A stretch of 64,000 bases of DNA from a bacterium (GTDB lineage: Bacteria > Patescibacteriota > Patescibacteriia > UBA9934). The notes beneath the pieces were generated by a model. That model was not told the DNA's origin. It ran no database searches and saw only the letters and a list, made by a program, of their open reading frames with translations. The translations under genes were made by a program, and so were the position numbers. Each line of letters begins with the position of its first letter. The stretch's first letter is position 1. Location of the stretch: the NCBI GenBank assembly GCA_027592325.1, contig JAQCKO010000005.1, positions 202 to 64,201 on the forward strand. Direction: 5' to 3'. This document shows, in pieces, positions 58,107 to 64,000 of this stretch.

Positions 58107-58177
58107 ATGCCTGTAGGGTATAGGTTTTAGGGATTAGGGTCTAGGGCTAAACTTATTTTCAATGTTATACTCCGGTA

Positions 58178-59953
58178 ATGCAAAAACCGGAGGACATCAC
58201 TATCAAACAAATTTGGCGCATGATTGCGCCGTCTATCAAGAAGGAATGGAAATATATTCCCTTGTTTTTTGTCTTTGCGGCACTCATGACAGCGATTTCT
58301 GTTTCAGAACCGTATATTTATGGACGCATCATCGATATTGTTGTTAGTGGCGCCGGAACAGGATCACTCGCAGAAGTGCTCAATCGCGTTTTTCCATTCC
58401 TTGCAGCTTGGGGAGGTGTTCTTATTGGTGAACTCATTACAAGTGCCGTATTTGTGTATACCGTCTGGCTTTTTGGGAATATTTGGCAAGGCGATTTACT
58501 CAATCGCCTGTATCAACATATCCTCCGCCTCGATCTTAGCGCATTTGAGAAACAAAAAAGTGGTGAGGTTTCGCAGCGCTATTTAAGTGCATGGCATGCC
58601 TTTTGGATGACGGCCAGTTTTATTACCAAAGATGCTCTTGAAGCGACCTTCCGGTTTATTTTCGGTGTTGCACTTGGACTCTTTCTTAGCCCTACCCTCA
58701 CCCTCGTGACAGTAGCGACCCTGCCATTCGTTCTTTTTGTTGCCTATTTCAACTATCGCATTTCAAAAGAAGATCAGGATGTTTACAATACGTATTGGGA
58801 AAAATCGAGCGGCTATATAACCGACACCTTTGCCAATATCAAAACGGTGAAAAGCTATTCAGCCGAGAATCGAAGCGCGAAGTTGCAACTCCAGAATTAT
58901 TTGGAAGCTGTTAAACATCAATTACGCGCCAATAAAAAATGGGCCATCGCAGATGGTCTCATTGGAATGGTCTATACAACCGGCCGCCTGGCGATTTTCA
59001 TCGTCGGTATTATCCTTGTCACAAATGGATCAACGACGGTGGGAACTATTGTCGCATTCATAGGAATAACGAATTTCATTTATGGTGCGCTTGAGCGGGT
59101 AACCGGAGGTCTCATTGAAATAACCGATCGTTTAAGTAAAATTCGAAAAATTACCCAACTGTATTACACGCAAGGTGCAATCCAAGAAATTGATGATCCG
59201 ATTGCGCCAAAAACGCTTTCCGGGGCGATTGAGCTTCAGGATGTTTCATTTCGATATACAAAGAATAAGACGATTCTCGATAATGTGAGTCTAACCATAG
59301 AACCTGGATCCACGATTGCGATTGTTGGGGAAAGTGGTGCTGGGAAATCGACTCTCGTGAAGCTCCTTATGCGCTTTTACGACGTAAGCGAAGGTGCTAT
59401 TTTGATGGATGGTCACGATATTCGTGAGATGAGTCTTGCTTCGCTGCGTGGAAATATTGGGTTTGTAATGCAAGAACATATTCTTTTCCATGATTCGATT
59501 GAGGCGAATATTCGGTATGCGAAACCTGGCGCGAAGAAAAAAGAGATTATTGCTGCGGCGAAGCGTGCACAGGCGCATGACTTCATCGAAAACCTTGAAA
59601 AAGGCTATAAAACTATTGTCGGTGACAGGGGCATTCGACTCTCAGGCGGAGAAAAGCAGCGCATTGCCCTCGCGCGTGTATTCCTCGAGGACCCACCGAT
59701 TTTGATCCTCGACGAAGCGACAAGTGCCCTCGACAGTAAAACAGAATATGAGCTGCAAATGGCGCTTGAAGAGGTGATGAAAGACCGTACCAGTATTGTG
59801 ATTGCGCATCGCCTCTCAACCGTCATGCAGGCTGATGTGATTATTGTCATGGATGAAGGAAAGATTGTCGACAACGGAACGCATACCGAACTTATTAAAA
59901 AGAGTGGCCCATATAAAGAGTTTTGGCAAATACAGGCTGGCGGATACGTTTAG
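58178..59953 (+). CDS. ABC transporter permease/ATP-binding protein (exporter type, MsbA-like)
   Basis: There are six TM segments. Walker A is GESGAGKST, the signature motif is LSGGEKQR and Walker B is ILILDEATSALD. Confidence 0.9.
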   Translation: MQKPEDITIKQIWRMIAPSIKKEWKYIPLFFVFAALMTAISVSEPYIYGRIIDIVVSGAGTGSLAEVLNRVFPFLAAWGGVLIGELITSAVFVYTVWLFGNIWQGDLLNRLYQHILRLDLSAFEKQKSGEVSQRYLSAWHAFWMTASFITKDALEATFRFIFGVALGLFLSPTLTLVTVATLPFVLFVAYFNYRISKEDQDVYNTYWEKSSGYITDTFANIKTVKSYSAENRSAKLQLQNYLEAVKHQLRANKKWAIADGLIGMVYTTGRLAIFIVGIILVTNGSTTVGTIVAFIGITNFIYGALERVTGGLIEITDRLSKIRKITQLYYTQGAIQEIDDPIAPKTLSGAIELQDVSFRYTKNKTILDNVSLTIEPGSTIAIVGESGAGKSTLVKLLMRFYDVSEGAILMDGHDIREMSLASLRGNIGFVMQEHILFHDSIEANIRYAKPGAKKKEIIAAAKRAQAHDFIENLEKGYKTIVGDRGIRLSGGEKQRIALARVFLEDPPILILDEATSALDSKTEYELQMALEEVMKDRTSIVIAHRLSTVMQADVIIVMDEGKIVDNGTHTELIKKSGPYKEFWQIQAGGYV

Positions 59954-59960
59954 AAAATAC

Positions 59961-60090
59961 GATCGTTATTCGTCATCCCTGCGAAGGCAGGGATCCATCC
60001 CGCCCTTCGCGAAGAGCGGGATCCAGCGTATGCAAGATAATTTGATAGATTCCCGCCTTCGCGGGAATGACGCATTCGCGTCTATAAGAA
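59961..60090. repeat. Cluster of three GC-rich REP-like hairpins (aatgacg family), copy R2
   Basis: The hairpins are atccctgc-gaag-gcagggat, atcccgc...gcgggat and attcccgc-cttc-gcgggaatgacg. They yield spurious ORFs such as ...DSRLRGNDA.... Confidence 0.75.
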
Positions 60091-60091
60091 A

Positions 60092-60118
60092 AACACCCAC
60101 GAATCGTGAGTGTTTTTC
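60092..60118 (-). terminator. Intrinsic terminator after the tRNA-Arg/tRNA-Lys pair
   Basis: In minus sense the hairpin acacucacg-auu-cgugggugu is followed by UUUUU. Confidence 0.65.
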
Positions 60119-60194
<76 letters not shown>

Positions 60195-60198
60195 GCCC

Positions 60199-60275
60199 TG
60201 GTGCAGCGTGAGGGATTCGAACCCCCGACCTTCTGGTCCGAAGCCAGACGCTCTATCCAGCTAAGCTAACGCTGC
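60199..60275 (-). tRNA. tRNA-Arg (anticodon TCG)
   Basis: The cloverleaf has a CTTCGGA anticodon loop, a GGTTCGAATCC T-arm and a CCA end. Confidence 0.75.
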
Positions 60276-60331
60276 GGATATTTAGGTGCCGAGATCATAC
60301 GTGTTTTTGAAAGAAAGGTCAAGACAATTGT

Positions 60332-60589
60332 CTACTTCTTCCACCGCTTCAGGCGAGGAATCCCGCGGGTGAGAAGCCATGCCATCCATTTGCTCATACC
60401 CTGTTCTTGCATTTTCTCAATACAAAACACTTGCATCTCTTTTGCATTTTTTAAATCATTCTTCAGGAATTCACCATTCCGATAACAAAGCGAGCAATAC
60501 GTCTCACTTTTTGACCCGTCTTTTTCACTGCCACCATGCCCAGGGTCTTGTTTCATGGGCATACCGCAGCTTTGACAGAAATGTTGCAT
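60332..60589 (-). CDS. Zinc-ribbon domain protein
   Basis: The motif MQHFCQSCGMP...YCSLCY contains two CxxC pairs. Confidence 0.45.
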   Translation of the reverse strand: MQHFCQSCGMPMKQDPGHGGSEKDGSKSETYCSLCYRNGEFLKNDLKNAKEMQVFCIEKMQEQGMSKWMAWLLTRGIPRLKRWKK

Positions 60590-60590
60590 A

Positions 60591-61283
60591 TTACCACCCA
60601 AGCTCTTCAAGAGCAGCCGCCGCGGCATTCAGCTGCGCCTCTTGCTTGCTCGTGCCTTTCCCTTCTGCAACCAAATTCTTCTCAAGGAACGCTCCGATTG
60701 TGAACGTTTTTTGATGATCAGGACCAACTTCATCGAGTACTTTGTACGCAGGTGTCACGGAGCGTCGTGACTGCGCTTCTTCTTGAAAACGACTTTTTGG
60801 ATCGATATATAGCTTTTTGTCGAGAATTTCTTGAAGGCCGCTGAGAATATGCGCATCAATAAATTTCTTCGCCTCATCCCATCCAAAATCAAGATACAGC
60901 GAACCAATAACGGATTCCATCGTATTTGCAAGAATATAGCGCCGCGCCTTCGAATCTGTATCTTGCGCTTCCCCACGGGAGAGGTACAAGTAATCTTCTA
61001 TCTGTAATTCCCGTGCAACTTTTGCCAAATTTTGCCCATTCACAAGCGCTGCACGCCAGTTTGTGAGCTCGCCTTCTGGATTCTCGTAATGCTCGAATAA
61101 GTGCTCCGTGACCACAAGTTCTAGTACTGCATCGCCTAAAAATTCAAGACGCTCGTTATGTCCTAACTCAAAACTTGGGTGCTCATTCAAGTACGAACGA
61201 TGCACAAAAGCTTGCTTCAAGAGACCTCCCTCTTTATATGCAACCCCCAATTTTTCCGCTGCCTCTAGAAAGTTCTTTTCCAT
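60591..61283 (-). CDS. rnc: Ribonuclease III
   Basis: The signature is ERLEFLGDAVLELVV and a C-terminal dsRBD is present. Confidence 0.9.
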   Translation of the reverse strand: MEKNFLEAAEKLGVAYKEGGLLKQAFVHRSYLNEHPSFELGHNERLEFLGDAVLELVVTEHLFEHYENPEGELTNWRAALVNGQNLAKVARELQIEDYLYLSRGEAQDTDSKARRYILANTMESVIGSLYLDFGWDEAKKFIDAHILSGLQEILDKKLYIDPKSRFQEEAQSRRSVTPAYKVLDEVGPDHQKTFTIGAFLEKNLVAEGKGTSKQEAQLNAAAAALEELGW

Positions 61284-61325
61284 ATGTACTAGAAATTAAC
61301 TGTTAACAGTTTACAAGTAACCGAG

Positions 61326-61874
61326 CTACTCCTTTGTCTGTTTTTCTTGCAAATCGTCCGTTCCGCGCTCCTGCACTTCAGCGACAACATCCTTAGACTG
61401 CGACGCTTCACTTGCAAGGTTTTTCTCATTTTGTGTGTCGATCTGCTTTCGCTCACCTTTGTTCACCATATCTTTGTATACGGCACCGAGGACGCCATTG
61501 ACGAATTTTCCAGATGCATCTCCTCCGAAAGCCTTCCCAAGTTCTATGGCTTCGTTGATTGCGACCTTCGCAGGAATCGCTTCATCGAATTTGAGTTCAA
61601 ACACGCCAAGACGCAGAATATTTCTATCCGTTATTGCCATTTCAGCGACTGGCCATTCAGGTGCAAAGTGCGCAAGAATTTCATCAATATCATCCTGACG
61701 TTCTGCAACAGCATTCACTTGTCGTTCAACGTAGCCGCCTTCATCGAAATCTTTTGCGAATTCTTCTTTAATATATTCGATGATCGTTGGAAGTCGCTCA
61801 TCATCAAAACCGCGAAAGTCCCACTCAAAGAGGGCTTGCATGGCCATGGTACGAGCTAGGTGCCGGTTAGACAT
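61326..61874 (-). CDS. nusB: Transcription antitermination factor NusB, with a C-terminal acidic extension
   Basis: The motif is [11 protein letters not shown]. Confidence 0.8.
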   Translation of the reverse strand: MSNRHLARTMAMQALFEWDFRGFDDERLPTIIEYIKEEFAKDFDEGGYVERQVNAVAERQDDIDEILAHFAPEWPVAEMAITDRNILRLGVFELKFDEAIPAKVAINEAIELGKAFGGDASGKFVNGVLGAVYKDMVNKGERKQIDTQNEKNLASEASQSKDVVAEVQERGTDDLQEKQTKE

Positions 61875-61952
61875 ACGTTTCGTTAATGTACGATGAGATT
61901 ATAACAAAAGGCTCGGCTATGCGCTATTGTAGCTAAATCGAAAAACCGAGGA

Positions 61953-62201
61953 TTACTCCTCGGTCTTCTCAGAGCCATTCGAAGGCTTCTTTGCGTTCTT
62001 CTTTGGTGCCGGCTTCTTTGTCTTTGTCTCAGTCTTCTTTACTTCCGCCGCTGCAGGCACTCCTGTGGTTGCGTTGTGGTGATGAGGAAGACGTGGCTCA
62101 CCGGTTACTTTGTCGATGACAATATGCGTCGGCTTCAGCTTATGATGCTGCCTGCGACGACGTACTTTTGCCTTCGAATTACGAAATGCTGGTACTGACA
62201 T
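61953..62201 (-). CDS. rpmF: 50S ribosomal protein L32 with a K-rich C-terminal tail
   Basis: MSVPAFRNSKAKVRRRRQHHKL...TGEPRLPHHH matches L32. Confidence 0.65.
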   Translation of the reverse strand: MSVPAFRNSKAKVRRRRQHHKLKPTHIVIDKVTGEPRLPHHHNATTGVPAAAEVKKTETKTKKPAPKKNAKKPSNGSEKTEE

Positions 62202-62410
62202 AGATGGACGCAATAGTACAGAAATGGGTGGATTTTGTCAAGAAAGAGTCATGCCTCTTGCGGCATTGCTCTATTCTGATCTGTTATGCTCACTCACTAT
62301 TGGGAATAGTACACTTCACTTTTTTGTGTCACATTGACGAATGCTATAGCAATCTTCGTGTCCCAGTGTCATGATTCTATTGGAGAAAATGAAATATGGT
62401 TACGAGATTT

Positions 62411-62444
62411 AAGCAAAAACGAGCCATAACGGCTCGTTTTTGCT
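62411..62444 (-). terminator. Intrinsic terminator after gyrA
   Basis: In minus sense the hairpin gcaaaaacgagcc-guua-uggcucguuuuugc is followed by UU. Confidence 0.55.
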
Positions 62445-62468
62445 TGTCACCTGAACGTGGCTACTCGC

Positions 62469-64000
62469 CTATTTCTTCTTCACCGCCTTCATCGCTGGCT
62501 TTTCTTCCTGGACTTCTTTCTCAACCTCCTTTTCAACAATTTCTACTTCCTTTGCTGCGTCCCCAAGGACCGTTACCGTTGTCACCTTATCGCCTGCTTT
62601 TTTGAAGCGCATGACGCGTACTCCTTGCGTGGTACGCCCAAGCTTTGAAACCGATTTAATTGCAATGCGAATGACCTGACCCGCCTCTGAAATCACCAAT
62701 AAATCACGTTCAGAATCACTGCTCACCACGCGTGCAGAAACAAATGGACCTGTTTTTGCGGTCAATTTTGCCGTACGAATTCCCATTCCTCCACGCTTTT
62801 GAGCCTTATATTCCTTTAACTGGGTACGCTTTCCGTATCCATTTGCTGACACAACAAGTAGCATTTTCTCTTTTTCTTCTAAGAGAATACTCATACCGAC
62901 AACTTGATCATCTCCTTTCAGCTTAATTCCACGCACACCAGACGCCGTGCGTCCCATCGCGCGAATATCGCTTTCAGGAAAACGAATTGCCATGGCATTC
63001 GCCGTTACCAGCATGACATCGCTTTTTCCATCGCTTGCCTTCACCCACTCTAAACTATCTCCATTATTGAGTTTAATCGCAATAAGCCCAGAACGACGCA
63101 CGTTCGCAAAATCTTCCAATTTTGTTTTTTTAATCGTTCCTGCGGTTGTCACCATGACAATGTATTTTGCCCCTTCTAAATCGCGTGAACGCATCATGGC
63201 CGTAACCTTTTCTCCTGCAGAAAGCTGAAGAAAATTCACAATAGCTTGTCCTTTTGCAGTACGCGATGCTTCTGGAAGCTCGTAGACTTTTAGCTGAAAC
63301 ACACGCCCTCGAGATGTGAAGAACATCAAATCTTGATGCGTTGTCGCTGTAAAGACAGATTCAACAATGTCTTCTTCCTTCGCCTTTAAGCCCGTGACAC
63401 CCTTCCCGCCTCGGCCTTGTTTTTTAAAAGTGTCTGGAGAAATGCGCTTAATATATCCGTCCTTCGTCATCATGACGACCGTAGATTCATCAGGAATAAT
63501 GTCCTCTACTCGGAACTCCTTTATGCCTGTTTTTGTCACCTTCGTCCGACGAGGTTCGGCATATTTATCGCGAAGCTCGACAACTTCTGTGCGAATCACC
63601 GAAAGCATTCTCTCCTCTGACTTCAAAATAGCTTCAAGCTCAGCAATGAGCTTCATTTTTTCTTCATATTCTTGCTCAATACGCAGACGTTCAAGATTGG
63701 CAAGATTCTGCAAACGCATTTCAAGAATGGCAATCGCCTGGCGATCAGTCATCTTGAATTTCTTCATGAGGTTCACCTTCGCCTCATCTTTATCTTTTGA
63801 TTTTTTAATCGTCTCAATGACTGCATCAATATTTTCAAGAGCGATTTTCAGCCCTTCAAGAATATGCGCGCGGTCACGTGCTTTTTCAAGATCAAATTCT
63901 GTCCGGCGTCGAACAACTTCTTTTCGATGCTTAATATACTCCTCCAAAATTGTCTTCAGCCCAAGCACACGCGGCTGAATCCCATCGATGAGAGCAACCA
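62469..64000 (-). CDS. gyrA: DNA gyrase subunit A, C-terminal part (partial; continues beyond the window edge)
   Basis: Beta-pinwheel repeats of the GyrA CTD are present (QGRGGKGV...). The frame stays open to position 64000. Confidence 0.9.
   Translation of the reverse strand, partial: VALIDGIQPRVLGLKTILEEYIKHRKEVVRRRTEFDLEKARDRAHILEGLKIALENIDAVIETIKKSKDKDEAKVNLMKKFKMTDRQAIAILEMRLQNLANLERLRIEQEYEEKMKLIAELEAILKSEERMLSVIRTEVVELRDKYAEPRRTKVTKTGIKEFRVEDIIPDESTVVMMTKDGYIKRISPDTFKKQGRGGKGVTGLKAKEEDIVESVFTATTHQDLMFFTSRGRVFQLKVYELPEASRTAKGQAIVNFLQLSAGEKVTAMMRSRDLEGAKYIVMVTTAGTIKKTKLEDFANVRRSGLIAIKLNNGDSLEWVKASDGKSDVMLVTANAMAIRFPESDIRAMGRTASGVRGIKLKGDDQVVGMSILLEEKEKMLLVVSANGYGKRTQLKEYKAQKRGGMGIRTAKLTAKTGPFVSARVVSSDSERDLLVISEAGQVIRIAIKSVSKLGRTTQGVRVMRFKKAGDKVTTVTVLGDAAKEVEIVEKEVEKEVQEEKPAMKAVKKK

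Overview
This is a dense bacterial chromosomal window, about 47% GC, with a few blocks of 55-60% GC. It is dominated by a minus-strand ribosomal super-operon running rpsL-rpsG-fusA ... tuf-rpsJ-rplCDWB-rpsS-rplV-rpsC-rplP-rpmC-rpsQ-rplNXE-rpsN-rpsH-rplFR-rpsE-rplO-secY-adk-map. The cluster lacks rpmD and ends at map instead of continuing to infA/rpsM/rpoA. That architecture, the domain-poor AspRS and ProRS, and the overall compactness suggest a small-genome, possibly CPR/Patescibacteria-like organism. This is an inference, not proof. Flanking genes include a histidine kinase, five tRNAs, dacA, scpAB, aspS, recO, ruvX, an M50 protease, lepB, murA, ndk, a split comEC, a UDP-sugar dehydrogenase, leuS, an M19 dipeptidase, gdhA, trxAB, infB, truB, rny, hup, proS, znuABC, an ABC exporter, rnc, nusB, rpmF and a partial gyrA. 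Genetic code 11 is in use: TGA, TAA and TAG all serve as stops. The most notable features are as follows. (1) A roughly 70-110 nt intergenic repeat family has at least 7 copies, most beginning exactly at or beside a TAG stop codon. (2) Three loci carry clustered GC-rich REP-like hairpins that generate spurious ORFs. (3) There is a MITE-like element with 19-bp terminal inverted repeats. (4) A free-standing RNAP alpha-CTD-like gene and a Phd/YefM-like domain gene are inserted between fusA and tuf. (5) An orphan plus-strand promoter, SD, 30-codon ORF and terminator unit sits between ruvX and map. (6) High-GC blocks at 24.3-24.9 kb, 36.8-38.3 kb and 41.6-43.6 kb carry unrecognisable ORFs and internal terminators. 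No CRISPR array or rRNA was seen. All coordinates derived by hand have an uncertainty of about ±2 nt.
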